A stretch of DNA of 64,000 bases. Origin: Gemmatimonadota bacterium. Its GTDB lineage: Bacteria > Gemmatimonadota > Gemmatimonadetes > Palauibacterales > Palauibacteraceae. This document shows positions 1-10,655 of the stretch, one piece after another. Numbering within the stretch: position 1 is the first letter of the stretch; the number at the start of each line of letters is the position of its first letter. Both the position numbers and the translations under genes were made by a program. The notes beneath the pieces were generated by a model. The model had not been told where the DNA came from. It worked only from the letters and a program-made list of their open reading frames with translations, and did no database searches. The DNA is taken from the NCBI GenBank assembly GCA_963666735.1, contig OY762926.1, positions 2,752,001-2,816,000 on the forward strand, given 5' to 3'.

Positions 1-65
1 CGGAGACGCCAAGCCACGCGAAGCTGTTCGGCGTGAACGGGAACCGCAACATCGGATTTCAACAC

Positions 66-1439
66 ATGTTCGATTTCGCTGCCTACATCGACCGCGAACT
101 CACGCGGTTCCACGAAGAACTGGAAGCCTTTCTCCGCATTCCCAGCATCAGCACCGATCCCGGGCATGCGGGCGACGTCCGCGCCTGCGCGGACTGGGTC
201 GCGGAGCACGTCCTCGCGGCGGGGCTGCACGAGGCCGAGGTCATCGACACCGGGGGACATCCCATCGTCGTCGGCGAGCGGATCCACTCCGAAGAGGCCC
301 CCACGGTGCTCGTGTACGGGCACTACGACGTGCAGCCCTCGGAGCCCGACGAGTTGTGGACGAGCCCGCCGTTCGAGCCGGAGGTTCGCGACGGCCGCCT
401 GTATGCGCGCGGATCGATCGACGACAAGGGGCAGGTCCACATGCACATCAAGGCGCTCGAGGCGCGGCTGGCGTCCGGGGCGGATGTGCCCGTGAATCTC
501 AAGCTCGTCATCGAGGGCGAGGAGGAGGTGGGAAGCCGCCACCTGGCGGCGTTCCTCCATGAGCACGCCGAGCGGCTCGCCTGCGATGCGATCCTCGTCA
601 GCGACACCGGGATGTTCTCCCCCGAGTTGCCGTGCATCACGACGGGGCTGCGGGGCATCGTCTACACCGAGATCAACGTCCACGGCCCCCGGTCGGACCT
701 GCACTCCGGCACCTACGGCGGGGCGGTCGTGAACCCCGCCAACGCCCTGGCCGCCATCCTCGCCGGCCTCCGGGACGAACAGGGCCGGGCCACCGTGCCG
801 GGATACTACGATACGGTCCGGCCCATCAGCGCTCGCGAACGGGCGGATCTCGAACGCCTCCCCATGGATGAAGAGACGCTCCGGATGGGCGTCGGAGCGT
901 CGGCGCTCGGCGGGGAAGCCGGCTTCTCGGCGCTGGAGCGGCTGTGGTATCGCCCGACGCTCGACGTGAACGGACTCCTCAGCGGCTTCACCGGCGAAGG
1001 TTCGAAGACCGTCCTCCCCTCGCATGCGATGGCGAAGGTGTCGATGCGGCTGGTTCCGGATCAGGATCCGGCGCAGGTGATCGAGGCCTTCGAGGCCCGC
1101 GTGCGCGAACTCGCGCCGGACGGAGTGACTGTCGAGATCAAGCGCTCGCACGGCGGCGCGCCATGGGTGGCCGACACCGAACATCCCATCTTCGACGCCG
1201 CCTCCGCCGCGCTCGAATCGGGTTTCGGGGCCCCGCCCGCGTACATCCGCGAGGGCGGCTCGATCCCCATCGTGCAGGAATTCGAGGACACGTTCGGCGC
1301 TCCCGCGCTCCTCATCGGATTCGCGCTTCCCGGATGCAACATGCACGCGCCGGACGAGTGGATCGATCTCGGGGTGTACCGAAAGGGGATCGCGGCCCTC
1401 GCCGACCTCTACGGCCGTCTCGGCGACCACCTGGCCTGA
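66..1439 (+). CDS. M20 family dipeptidase (ArgE/DapE/Acy1-like metallopeptidase)
   Basis: Motifs YGHYDVQP, ARGSIDDKGQ, EGEEEVGS, DLHSG and NMHAPDE. ATG at 66 is preferred over GTG at 33. Confidence 0.92.
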   Translation: MFDFAAYIDRELTRFHEELEAFLRIPSISTDPGHAGDVRACADWVAEHVLAAGLHEAEVIDTGGHPIVVGERIHSEEAPTVLVYGHYDVQPSEPDELWTSPPFEPEVRDGRLYARGSIDDKGQVHMHIKALEARLASGADVPVNLKLVIEGEEEVGSRHLAAFLHEHAERLACDAILVSDTGMFSPELPCITTGLRGIVYTEINVHGPRSDLHSGTYGGAVVNPANALAAILAGLRDEQGRATVPGYYDTVRPISARERADLERLPMDEETLRMGVGASALGGEAGFSALERLWYRPTLDVNGLLSGFTGEGSKTVLPSHAMAKVSMRLVPDQDPAQVIEAFEARVRELAPDGVTVEIKRSHGGAPWVADTEHPIFDAASAALESGFGAPPAYIREGGSIPIVQEFEDTFGAPALLIGFALPGCNMHAPDEWIDLGVYRKGIAALADLYGRLGDHLA

Positions 1440-1444
1440 ACCGC

Positions 1445-1466
1445 CTCAGCCACCCTCTGGGCTGAG
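1445..1466. terminator. Hairpin between convergent genes (possible terminator)
   Basis: CTCAGCC...GGCTGAG inverted repeat in the 38-bp gap between two convergent stops. There is no U-tract. Confidence 0.35.
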
Positions 1467-1477
1467 CCGCCGCGAGT

Positions 1478-1945
1478 TCAGGCCACGGGTACGACGTCGA
1501 GTTCCGTCGTGATCTCTATGCAGCCGGAAAGCGTTCGGTAGACCGGACACTTCGGCGGATGGGCTTCGAACGCGCGCCGAATCGCATCGGCGTGCGTCTC
1601 ATCCGCCTGGAGACGATACCGGGTCCGGATCCGCCGGATCACGAGCACGCCCTCGTCCGTCTCGATCTCGCCCTCCACGTTCGCCACCAACCGTCCCTCG
1701 TCCGCCTTGACGCCACGCGCTTCCAGCGCGCCCCCGAAGGTTCCGGCCAGTCAGCCGCCGGTCGCGGCAATGACGTAGTCGAGCGTGGTGGCGATGTCGC
1801 GCTGGCCGCTGACTCCGTAGTACGCGGCGATCGCGGAGTGGACGCCGAACTCGACCGGCGCGTCCGTGGCGGGGATCTCCGCCGTGCGGTATGGCCCCTT
1901 CTGTCGCACGATCTTCACGTGCGAGCGGTATACGACGTCACTCAT
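1478..1945 (-). CDS. OsmC/Ohr-like protein, probable selenoprotein (in-frame UGA at 1751-1753)
   Basis: ORFs 1751..1945 and 1478..1690 are in the same frame. Joined, they read ...TLDYVIAATGG-U-LAGTFGGALEARGV...HPPKCPVYRTL. The UGA falls at the first conserved OsmC Cys and the second Cys (KCPV) is intact. The ATG overlaps the upstream Nudix stop (ATGA). Confidence 0.8.
1715..1731 (-). promoter_or_regulatory. Candidate bacterial SECIS hairpin
   Basis: The mRNA reads UGA CUGGCCGGAACCUUCGGGG GCGCGCU-GGA-AGCGCGU. This is a 7-bp stem with a G-leading apical loop starting 27 nt 3' of the UGA. Confidence 0.6.
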
Positions 1946-2568
1946 TGGCTGGTTCTCTCCGTGATGATGTCGAGGAAGTTCATGACGACCCGGTGGGTGA
2001 GCCCCCAAATGGCGTCGCCCTCGAACAAGATGCAGGGCCACACGTGTTCGCGGCCACCATCCGGGTAACGGACCTCGGAGCGCAGAGCCGGGTCGCGCAG
2101 CGCGCGGAGCGGCGCCCAGACGTGATATTGCACCTCCGCGTTCGTCGAGACCCGGGTGTCCTCCCCGTGCCAGGCGACGAAGGGAGAGATGAGGATCGAA
2201 GGGATCCGGCGCGTCACCGGGTGCAGATCGTCGAGCCGGCCCAGGTACCCGCTGCGCGGAAGATCGAGCCCCACTTCCTCCCGCAACTCGCGGCGCGCCG
2301 TCTCCAGGAGATCCGCATCCGCCGTGTCCCGGTGCCCGCCGGGAAGCGCCATGTGGCCGGACCACGGGTCGCCCGGGACCTCCGCCCGCCGGACGAACAG
2401 CACCTCGAGGTCATGGTCCCGCGGACGGACCACGAGCGTCACGGCGGCGTGGCGCTCCGCCGCGCCGGGGTCGACGACCGCGTGACCCTCCGCCGCCAGC
2501 CGACGGGCGACCCCCGCCGTGCTCCAGCCTTCGCTCGCCGATCCTTCGCTCACCGGCCCTTCGCTCAA
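1942..2568 (-). CDS. Nudix hydrolase, CoA pyrophosphatase-like
   Basis: DPWSGHMALPGG...ETARRELREEVGL Nudix box and C-terminal IWGLT. The TTG start overlaps the rsgA stop; start position uncertain. Confidence 0.88.
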   Translation of the reverse strand: MSEGPVSEGSASEGWSTAGVARRLAAEGHAVVDPGAAERHAAVTLVVRPRDHDLEVLFVRRAEVPGDPWSGHMALPGGHRDTADADLLETARRELREEVGLDLPRSGYLGRLDDLHPVTRRIPSILISPFVAWHGEDTRVSTNAEVQYHVWAPLRALRDPALRSEVRYPDGGREHVWPCILFEGDAIWGLTHRVVMNFLDIITERTSQ

Positions 2569-3536
2569 CGCCCCTTCTCCGCCTCGCCGAGGAGGCGCAG
2601 GTAGCTCTCCAGCCGCCGCCGCTCGATCTTCCCATCCTCCACGGCCGTCCGAACCGCGCAATCCGGCTCCACCCGATGGCGACAGTCCGCGAACCGGCAG
2701 CGCTCGCCCGCCGCGGCGATCTCGACGAAGCCGTCGGCGAGTTCCGCGGGATCCAGCCCCCACAGCGCGAGGTACTGCAGGCCTGGCGTGTCGGCTACGT
2801 AGCCGCCCGCCGGGTATCGATAGAGCGCCGACGCCACCGTCGTGTGCCGCCCGCGCCCCCGCCGCTGGCTGATCTCCCCCACGCGCAGGTCGAGTTCCGG
2901 CACGAGCGCGTTCAACAGGCTCGACTTCCCCACCCCCGACTGGCCGCTGAGCACCGTGATCCGTCCTGCGAGGCGTCCGGCGAGCGCCTTCAGCCCCGCC
3001 CTCGATTCCACGCTCGTCCGCAGCGTTTCCACGCCGAGCGCCGCGTACTGTTCGAGGCCGTCTCCGGTTGCGGACTCCCCGAGGGCAGCGCCGGGGCTCG
3101 CCGAGTTCGATGCACGCTCCGCCGGCCCCGTCAGCTCCGACAGATCCGTCTTGTTCACGACGAGGAAGGCGTCGATGCCGCTCAGCGCCGCAAGCGCGAG
3201 CAGGCGGTCCACCATGAGGAAATCGGGATCGGGCGCCGTTACCGAAACGACGACCGCGACCTGGTCCACGTTCGCGACGATCACCTGCTCGCGCCGCTTG
3301 GAGACACCGTGCCGGGACAGCGCGCCGCCTCGCGCACGGAGCCGAACGATCCGCATTTCGTCGCCGACCCGTTCGAGTTCGACGAGATCGCCGACCGAGA
3401 CGATGCGTGAGTCCGTCCGCTTCAGGCGTCCACGCAGCGACGCCTGCACGACAGTCGTGGAATCGTCCACGTGATAGACCCCACCCGCGATCCGCAGCAC
3501 GCGGCCGACGGTAGCGGAGGGACCGCCGGAGGTCAC
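2565..3536 (-). CDS. rsgA: Ribosome small subunit-dependent GTPase A
   Basis: ANVDQ, NKTDL, GQSGVGKSSLLN, GRHTT, DTPG and zinc finger CRFADCRHRVEPDCAV. Confidence 0.95.
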   Translation of the reverse strand: MTSGGPSATVGRVLRIAGGVYHVDDSTTVVQASLRGRLKRTDSRIVSVGDLVELERVGDEMRIVRLRARGGALSRHGVSKRREQVIVANVDQVAVVVSVTAPDPDFLMVDRLLALAALSGIDAFLVVNKTDLSELTGPAERASNSASPGAALGESATGDGLEQYAALGVETLRTSVESRAGLKALAGRLAGRITVLSGQSGVGKSSLLNALVPELDLRVGEISQRRGRGRHTTVASALYRYPAGGYVADTPGLQYLALWGLDPAELADGFVEIAAAGERCRFADCRHRVEPDCAVRTAVEDGKIERRRLESYLRLLGEAEKGR

Positions 3537-3570
3537 GCCGAGCCGCAGCTTCCGTCCGCAGTCGCCGGGC

Positions 3571-4068
3571 TCACGCGGAGGCGCCGTCGGCGTCCGTCCC
3601 GCCGCCCAGTTCCTCGAGACAGTTCCACGCCAGCAGCGCGCACTTAATGCGGACCGGAAACTTCGAGACCCCCGCCAGCGTGCGCAGATCGCCGAGGTCG
3701 TCGTCCGACAGCATCGTTCCGTCTCCGTGCAGGAGGTGGGTGAACTTACCGGAGAGTTCCAGCGCCTGCTCGAGCGACTTTCCCAGCACGCGTCCCGTGA
3801 GCATCGACGCCGACGCCTGGCTGATCGAGCATCCGCGGCCCAGGAAGCGCACCTCCGCGATGCTCCCCCCCTCCACGCGCAGCATGAGTTCGATCACGTC
3901 GCCGCAAAGGGGGTTGTTCATCGTGATCACATGCGTGGCTTCGTCCAGGTGTCCCTTGTTCCGGGGTTTCCGGTAGTGATCGAGGATGACTTCCTGGTAC
4001 AGCTGGTTGAGCGACGAAGGGATCTCCCGGTCGATGGTCCCGGGCGTCCTCGAGCGGGGTTCGATCAT
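3571..4068 (-). CDS. sufU: SUF system NifU-family sulfur acceptor/scaffold SufU
   Basis: LYQEVILDHY, NPLCGD, GCSISQASAS and RIKCALLAW; immediately downstream of sufS. Confidence 0.93.
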   Translation of the reverse strand: MIEPRSRTPGTIDREIPSSLNQLYQEVILDHYRKPRNKGHLDEATHVITMNNPLCGDVIELMLRVEGGSIAEVRFLGRGCSISQASASMLTGRVLGKSLEQALELSGKFTHLLHGDGTMLSDDDLGDLRTLAGVSKFPVRIKCALLAWNCLEELGGGTDADGASA

Positions 4069-4072
4069 GGAT

Positions 4073-5431
4073 TCAGGCGATGCCGCCGAAGACTTCGGCG
4101 GCCATGGCCAGGCCATCGCACAGCACGTCGATCTCCTCCGGCGAATTGTAGAAGTAGAAGCTCGCCCGGGCCGTGGCGCTGATCCCGAAGTGGTCCATCA
4201 GCGGCTGGTTGCAATGGTGTCCGGCCCGGATCGCGATTCCCCGCTGGTCGAGGATCGTGGAGAGGTCGTGCGGATGCACGTCGCCGTACGTGAAGGAGAA
4301 GACCGCGGTTCGCTCTTCGCGCGGGCCGTACAGGCGAAGTCCCTCGATCCCGTCGAGTCGCTCGAGAGCGGCGCGCTTCAAGGCGTCTTCATGCGAAGCG
4401 ATCGCCTCCGGCCCGAGGTCCGCGAGGAAGCGGGCGGCTTCGCCGAAGCCCACGACGCCCGAAATGTTGGGCGTTCCGGCCTCGAACTTGTGCGGGACCT
4501 GCGCCCAGGACGATCCCTCGAGCTTCACCTCCGAGATCATCTCGCCCCCGCCCTGGTACGGAGGCATCTCGTCCAGGAGTTCGCGTCTGGCCCACAGCGC
4601 CCCGACGCCGGTGGGACCGCACATCTTGTGGCTGCTGAACGCGTAGAAGTCGCACCCGAGCTTCGCCACATCGGTCAGCATGTGGGGCGCGGCCTGCGCT
4701 CCGTCGATGAGCGTCAACGCGCCGGCGGCGTGCGCCCGGTCCACGATCTCCCGGACCGGATTGACGGTCCCCAGGCTGTTGGAGACGTGTGTACAGGCGA
4801 CGAGCCGGGGTCGCGTTGCGAGGAGCCGGTCGAGGTCGTCCAGGTCGAGCGTGCCCTCGGGCGTGACGTCGACGAAGCGGAGATCGCACCCCGTGCGGCC
4901 CGCGAGCAGTTGCCACGGCACGAGGTTCGAGTGGTGCTCCATCTTCGTGAGCACGATCTCGTCGCCCGCGCCGATGAACGCGTCCCCCCAACTCGACGCG
5001 ACGAGGTTCACCGCCTCCGTCGTGCCGCGCGTGAAGACGATCTCCGCCGGGTCCCCCGTACCCGCATGCGCCGCCACCGCGCGGCGCGCGCCCTCGTAGG
5101 CCTCCGTCGCCTCCGCGCTGAGTTGATGCACGCCGCGGTGCACATTGGCGTGCTCCTCGCGCAGGTAGCGCTCGACCCGGTTCAACACGCGGAGCGGTTG
5201 CTGTGAACTCGCCGCGTTGTCCAGATAGGCCAGGGGGTGGCCGTTGACTTCCCGCGAGAGAATGGGGAACCGCGCCCGGATCGCCCCGAGATCCCAGCCG
5301 CCATCCTCCGAAGCCTCACCCGCATCGCCGCGGTCGGCGGCCGCGGAGGGACTCCCGGCCGCAAGCACGCCCGTCGCGTGCCTCGGTTCCATCATCGCCG
5401 CCGCCGCCGCCGTCTTCGCCGTCTTCGCCAT
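4073..5431 (-). CDS. sufS: Cysteine desulfurase SufS
   Basis: YLDNAASSQ, NVHRGVH, SSHKMCGPTG (PLP Lys) and RAGHHCNQP (group II catalytic Cys). Low-complexity N-terminus, start uncertain. Confidence 0.95.
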   Translation of the reverse strand: MAKTAKTAAAAAMMEPRHATGVLAAGSPSAAADRGDAGEASEDGGWDLGAIRARFPILSREVNGHPLAYLDNAASSQQPLRVLNRVERYLREEHANVHRGVHQLSAEATEAYEGARRAVAAHAGTGDPAEIVFTRGTTEAVNLVASSWGDAFIGAGDEIVLTKMEHHSNLVPWQLLAGRTGCDLRFVDVTPEGTLDLDDLDRLLATRPRLVACTHVSNSLGTVNPVREIVDRAHAAGALTLIDGAQAAPHMLTDVAKLGCDFYAFSSHKMCGPTGVGALWARRELLDEMPPYQGGGEMISEVKLEGSSWAQVPHKFEAGTPNISGVVGFGEAARFLADLGPEAIASHEDALKRAALERLDGIEGLRLYGPREERTAVFSFTYGDVHPHDLSTILDQRGIAIRAGHHCNQPLMDHFGISATARASFYFYNSPEEIDVLCDGLAMAAEVFGGIA

Positions 5432-5460
5432 CGGGGCCCCGGTCCTCGGCTGGGTTCCGC

Positions 5461-5772
5461 TCAGCCGAGGTCGACCTGAATGTCGTCCCCGTCGATCCGC
5501 ACATCAAAGCGCCGGACCGGCATGACCGCCGGGAGCGCCCTCGGCGCGCCGGTCGCAAGGTCGAAGCGCGCCCCGTGGAGGAGGCAGGTGATCTCGCCCG
5601 CCTCGACCTCGCCGTCCGAGAGCGGGAATTCCTCGTGGGAGCAGCAGTCCTCGAGCGCGTAGATTTCGCCCCCGCTCCGGATGAGGGCGATCGCCAGGTC
5701 CTCGGCCATCACGCCGCACGTTCCGTTCTCCGGCACGTCGTCCACCCTGGCCACCGTGACGAACCGGCTCAT
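5461..5772 (-). CDS. Rieske [2Fe-2S] ferredoxin
   Basis: CSHEE...CLLHGARF Rieske motif. The ATG overlaps the sufD stop. Confidence 0.9.
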   Translation of the reverse strand: MSRFVTVARVDDVPENGTCGVMAEDLAIALIRSGGEIYALEDCCSHEEFPLSDGEVEAGEITCLLHGARFDLATGAPRALPAVMPVRRFDVRIDGDDIQVDLG

Positions 5773-7100
5773 AGCCCGATCTTCTCCTCGATCGCTTCGC
5801 GCACGCGCGCTCGCACCCCCTCCATCGGAAGGCGCCCCAGCACCTCGTCGAAGAACCCGAACACGAGCAGGCGCTCGGCCTGGCGCCGCGTGAGGCCGCG
5901 GCTCATCAAGTAGAAGAGCTGTCCATCCTCCACCTGCCCGATCGTCGCCCCGTGCGAGCAGCGGACATCGTCGGCCTCGATCTCCAGGTTGGGAAGCGCG
6001 GAGGCACGAGAGCGCTCGCTCAGCAGCAGGTTGCGGTTCGTCTGGTAGGCGTCCGTGAGCTGGGCTCCCTTGTCGACCCGGATCAGCCCGCGAAAGACGC
6101 TCGACCCCGCGTCCGTCAGGGCCCCCTTGAACAGCAGGTCGCTGTGCGCGTGCGGCGCCGCGTGATGCTGCAGCGTGTGGTGGTCGAAGTGCTGGTCGGA
6201 GTCGCCGAACCAGAGGGCGAGCATCTCGCTGTCGCTCCCGGGGCCGTCGAGACGGCTCGTCACGTCCGCCCGCGACAGGTCGCCGCCCAGCGCCACATTG
6301 AAGGTGACGACCCGCGAGTCGCGGCCCGCGACGACGTGCTGCGTCGAGAACCGCTTCACGCCCCGGCCGAAGCGCTGGAGCGCGACGTAGTCGATGCCCG
6401 CGCCCCCCTCCCCCGTGATCGTCGCCCCGTGAAGCGAGACCGTCTCCGCATCGAGGTCGTCGGAGAAGAACTCGTCGATGACCGCGGCCCGGGCGCCCGA
6501 CTCCCCGTACACGAACGAATGAGTCGAGGAGAGCGTCCCCGCCCGTTCGACGATGTGGAACGCGTGGATCGGCGCCGGCATCTCCACCCCGCGCGGCACG
6601 TAGAGGAAGTAGCCTCCGCCCAGGAGTGCGAGGTGCAGCGCCCAGAGCTTCTCCTCCGCGGGGCCCGGTTGCGCCTCGAGCAGCGCGCGCCTCAGCACCT
6701 CCGGATGCCGGTCCGCCGCGTCCCGGATCGACGACAGGACCACGCCGCTCCGCGCCACCTCGGGTTCGAGTTCGAGATGCGCGACCCGCCCCTCCCGCAG
6801 CACGACCACGCCCGCGCGCTCGCCGGAGCGTCCGAGCACCTCGCGCACGTCCGCCGACAGCGTTTCCGCCGTTGCGGGCGCCGGGACCACCGGCGTGAGC
6901 GCTTCGAAGCCGACCTTCGTGAGGTCCGTGTACCGCCATTCCTCCGACTTCTTCGTCGGCCAGGGAAGGGAGGTGAACCGCGCCCATGCGGCGGCCCGCG
7001 CCGCCGCGATCACGTCCGGCTCCGTCAGCCCGCCGGCAAGCGTATCGAAATCCGCCGCGGCCAGCGTCGACTCCGCAGGCCCGGCCGTCATCGTGCTCAT
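5769..7100 (-). CDS. sufD: Fe-S cluster assembly protein SufD
   Basis: EEWRYTD, TDAYQTNRNLLLS, PNLEIEADDVRCSHGAT and FYLMSRGL. Confidence 0.95.
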   Translation of the reverse strand: MSTMTAGPAESTLAAADFDTLAGGLTEPDVIAAARAAAWARFTSLPWPTKKSEEWRYTDLTKVGFEALTPVVPAPATAETLSADVREVLGRSGERAGVVVLREGRVAHLELEPEVARSGVVLSSIRDAADRHPEVLRRALLEAQPGPAEEKLWALHLALLGGGYFLYVPRGVEMPAPIHAFHIVERAGTLSSTHSFVYGESGARAAVIDEFFSDDLDAETVSLHGATITGEGGAGIDYVALQRFGRGVKRFSTQHVVAGRDSRVVTFNVALGGDLSRADVTSRLDGPGSDSEMLALWFGDSDQHFDHHTLQHHAAPHAHSDLLFKGALTDAGSSVFRGLIRVDKGAQLTDAYQTNRNLLLSERSRASALPNLEIEADDVRCSHGATIGQVEDGQLFYLMSRGLTRRQAERLLVFGFFDEVLGRLPMEGVRARVREAIEEKIGL

Positions 7101-7149
7101 ATCCTGAGAACCCCTCGTCGTCTGTGTCAGGGAGTGGGAGTCCGGGTCG

Positions 7150-8565
7150 CTATCCGACCGACCCTTCCATCTCCAGCTCGATCAGCCGGTTCAGCTCGAT
7201 CGCGTACTCGAGCGGCAACTCCTTGGCCACCGGCTCGATGAAGCCGCGTACGATCATCGCCATCGCCTCCGCCTCGTCGAGCCCCCGACTCATCAGATAG
7301 AAGAGCTGCTCGTCGCCGACCTTCGAGACCGTGGCCTCGTGTCCGATCGACGCCGTGTTCTCATCGATCTCGATGTAGGGGTAGGTGTCCGTCCGCGACC
7401 GTTCGTCGAGCAGCAGGGCGTCGCACTCGACGTTGGACTTCGCGCCCACGGCGCCGTCATACACCTTGCACAGTCCGCGGTAGGAGGAGCGCCCAAGCCC
7501 CTTCGAGATCGACTTCGAGGTGATCTGGGATGTCGTGTTGGGGGCGGCGTGGATCACCTTGCCGCCCGTGTCCTGGTGCTGGCCGTCCCCCGCGTACGCG
7601 ATGGAGAGGATCTCGCCGTGCGCCCGCTCTCCGACCAGGTAGCACGACGGATACTTCATCGTGAGCTTCGAGCCCAGGTTCCCGTCGAGCCACTCCATCT
7701 TCGCTTCCTCGTGCACGAGCGCCCGCTGCGTGACGAGGTTGTACATGTTGTTCGACCAGTTCTGGATCGTGGTGTACCGGAAGCGCGCGCCCTTCTTGAC
7801 CACGATCTCGATGACCCCGGAGTGGAACGAGTCCGTCGAGTAGACCGGTGCCGTACAGCCCTCGATGTAGTGGGCTTCCGCCCCCTCCTCGCAGATGATG
7901 AGGGTGCGCTCGAACTGGCCCATGCGCTCGGCGTTGACCCGGAAGTAGGCCTGGAGCGGGATCTCCACCTTCACCCCCTTCGGGATGTAGACGAACGACC
8001 CGCCCGACCACACGGCCGAGTTGAGCGCGGCGAACTTGTTGTCATGCGTGGGGACGACGGTCGAGAAGTACTGCCGAAACAGATCCGGGTGCCTGGCGAG
8101 CCCATCCTCGATCGACTCGAAGATCACGCCCTGCTCCTCCCACTGCTCCTTCAGCGAGTGGTAGACCATCTCGGATTCGTACTGGGCCCCGACCCCGGCG
8201 AGCGCCTTCCGCTCCGCCTCGGGAATCCCGAGCTTCTCGAACGTGTCCTTGATCTCCTGCGGGACATCGTCCCAGGACCGCTCCATCTGGTCCTGCGGCT
8301 TGAGATAGAAATAGATCTCGTCGAGCGTGTCCTCGAGCCTCGAGAGGTCGCCGCCCCACTTCGGCATCGGTTTCGAGTAATAGACCTCGAGCGCCTTGAG
8401 TCGGAACTCGAGCATCCACTCCGGCTCTTCCTTGTGATGCGAGATCTGTCGGACGATGTCGCTGGAGAGGCCGGGGACGGCCTTGAAGACGGGCTTGTCC
8501 TCCGTGACGAATCCGTACTTGTACTCGTCGAGTCCGAGTCCGCTGATCGTCTCGTTCCGGGGCAT
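7150..8565 (-). CDS. sufB: Fe-S cluster assembly protein SufB
   Basis: [41 protein letters not shown] and C-terminal LEMEGSVG. Purine-rich RBS before the ATG at 8565. Confidence 0.97.
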   Translation of the reverse strand: MPRNETISGLGLDEYKYGFVTEDKPVFKAVPGLSSDIVRQISHHKEEPEWMLEFRLKALEVYYSKPMPKWGGDLSRLEDTLDEIYFYLKPQDQMERSWDDVPQEIKDTFEKLGIPEAERKALAGVGAQYESEMVYHSLKEQWEEQGVIFESIEDGLARHPDLFRQYFSTVVPTHDNKFAALNSAVWSGGSFVYIPKGVKVEIPLQAYFRVNAERMGQFERTLIICEEGAEAHYIEGCTAPVYSTDSFHSGVIEIVVKKGARFRYTTIQNWSNNMYNLVTQRALVHEEAKMEWLDGNLGSKLTMKYPSCYLVGERAHGEILSIAYAGDGQHQDTGGKVIHAAPNTTSQITSKSISKGLGRSSYRGLCKVYDGAVGAKSNVECDALLLDERSRTDTYPYIEIDENTASIGHEATVSKVGDEQLFYLMSRGLDEAEAMAMIVRGFIEPVAKELPLEYAIELNRLIELEMEGSVG

Positions 8566-8596
8566 GTCAATTCCTTCCTTTATGGCCTTTACGGCC

Positions 8597-9370
<774 letters not shown>

Positions 9371-9439
9371 TCGTGTCCTCTTGTGTTGCAAAAGGCCGGT
9401 CACCCAGGGGCGCCGGCCTGGAACCACAGCGATCAATTC

Positions 9440-9480
9440 AAGATGAACCGATAACCAAGATGAACCAATAACGATTATCG
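9440..9480. promoter_or_regulatory. AT-rich 17-bp tandem repeat overlapping a Fur-box-like site upstream of sufC
   Basis: AAGATGAACCGATAACC / AAGATGAACCAATAACG. The minus strand of 9466-9480 reads CGATAATCGTTATTG, similar to the 7-1-7 Fur core TGATAATnATTATCA. Confidence 0.45.
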
Positions 9481-9521
9481 ACCGGACAACGTACGCGGCG
9501 CGCGGCCCCTTATCAAGCCTT

Positions 9522-9540
9522 GTTGAGACCCGTTCTCAAC
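9522..9540. promoter_or_regulatory. Palindromic operator, Fur-family-like
   Basis: Perfect inverted repeat GTTGAGA-N5-TCTCAAC in the intergenic region between sufC and the divergent dehydrogenase. Confidence 0.6.
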
Positions 9541-9620
9541 TGTTGCGGTCGTGTCTCCGCCCACTTCGGAGGGGTCGGCGGCCCCTGCACGGGCCGCGGC
9601 GCGACCGTAGGTTGGCGGCC

Positions 9621-10655
9621 ATGAAAGCGGCCTACTTCGAACGACACGGGGGGCCCGACGTCATCCGCGTCGGAGACCTGCGCGAGCCGACGACCGGCCC
9701 CGGCGAAGTGCTGATCCGCGTGCGCGCGGCGGGGCTCAACCACCTCGACCTCTGGACGCGGCGCGGCCTGCCCGGACTCACGCTGAAGATGCCGCATATC
9801 GGCGGGTCGGATGTGGCGGGCGAGATCACGGCGGTCGGGGATGGCGTGGAGGACTGGGTCCCCGGCGACCGGGTCGCGGTGAACCCCGGCCTCTGGTGCG
9901 CCCGCGCCGACTGCGAGTGGTGCGTCCGTGGCGAGCATCCCCTCTGCGCTTCGTACCGCATCCTCGGCGAACACGTACCCGGCGGCTTCGCCGAGCAGGT
10001 TGCGGTCCCGGCGCGCAACCTGGTCCGGCTCCCCGACGGCTTCCCGTTCGCGACCGCGGCCGTCGCCCCGCTCGTATACCAGACGGCATGGCGCGGACTC
10101 CTCTCGCGAGGGCGGCTGGCGCCGGGAGAGACGGTCCTCGTCACCGGAGCGTCGGGCGGCGTCTCGACCGCCGCGATCCAGATCGCGAAGCACCACGGGG
10201 CGCGCGTGTTCGCGGTCACGAGCGGACCCGCGAACGTGCGGCGCGTGGAGGCGCTGGGAGCGGACCTCGCCATCGACCGTCTCGAGGAGGATTTCTCGCG
10301 GCGCGTCTGGGCGGAGACGAAGAAGCGCGGCGTCGATCTCGTCCTCGACAGCGTGGGCGCGGCGACGTGGGAGGGCTGCGTTCGCACGCTGGCGCGCGCG
10401 GGCAGGATGGTCGTCTACGGCGCGACGACGGGACCGCGGGGCACGCTCAACATCGCACGCCTGTTCTGGAGTCAGACATCGATCATGGGGACGACGATGG
10501 CGACGCGCGCCGAGTTCGAAGCCGTGATCGGGCTCGTGCTGGACGGGACTCTCACGCCGGTGGTCGACGACGTGTGGCCGCTGGACCGGGCGCGGGAGGC
10601 CCACGAGCGGCTGGAGGCCGGGGGAGTCTTCGGGAAGCTCGTTCTCGAGCCGTGA
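9621..10655 (+). CDS. Zinc-binding alcohol dehydrogenase / MDR-family oxidoreductase
   Basis: GLNHLDLW, HIGGSDVAG, structural Zn cysteines (C-ARAD-C-EW-C...C), TGASGGV and FGKLVL. Confidence 0.9.
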   Translation: MKAAYFERHGGPDVIRVGDLREPTTGPGEVLIRVRAAGLNHLDLWTRRGLPGLTLKMPHIGGSDVAGEITAVGDGVEDWVPGDRVAVNPGLWCARADCEWCVRGEHPLCASYRILGEHVPGGFAEQVAVPARNLVRLPDGFPFATAAVAPLVYQTAWRGLLSRGRLAPGETVLVTGASGGVSTAAIQIAKHHGARVFAVTSGPANVRRVEALGADLAIDRLEEDFSRRVWAETKKRGVDLVLDSVGAATWEGCVRTLARAGRMVVYGATTGPRGTLNIARLFWSQTSIMGTTMATRAEFEAVIGLVLDGTLTPVVDDVWPLDRAREAHERLEAGGVFGKLVLEP

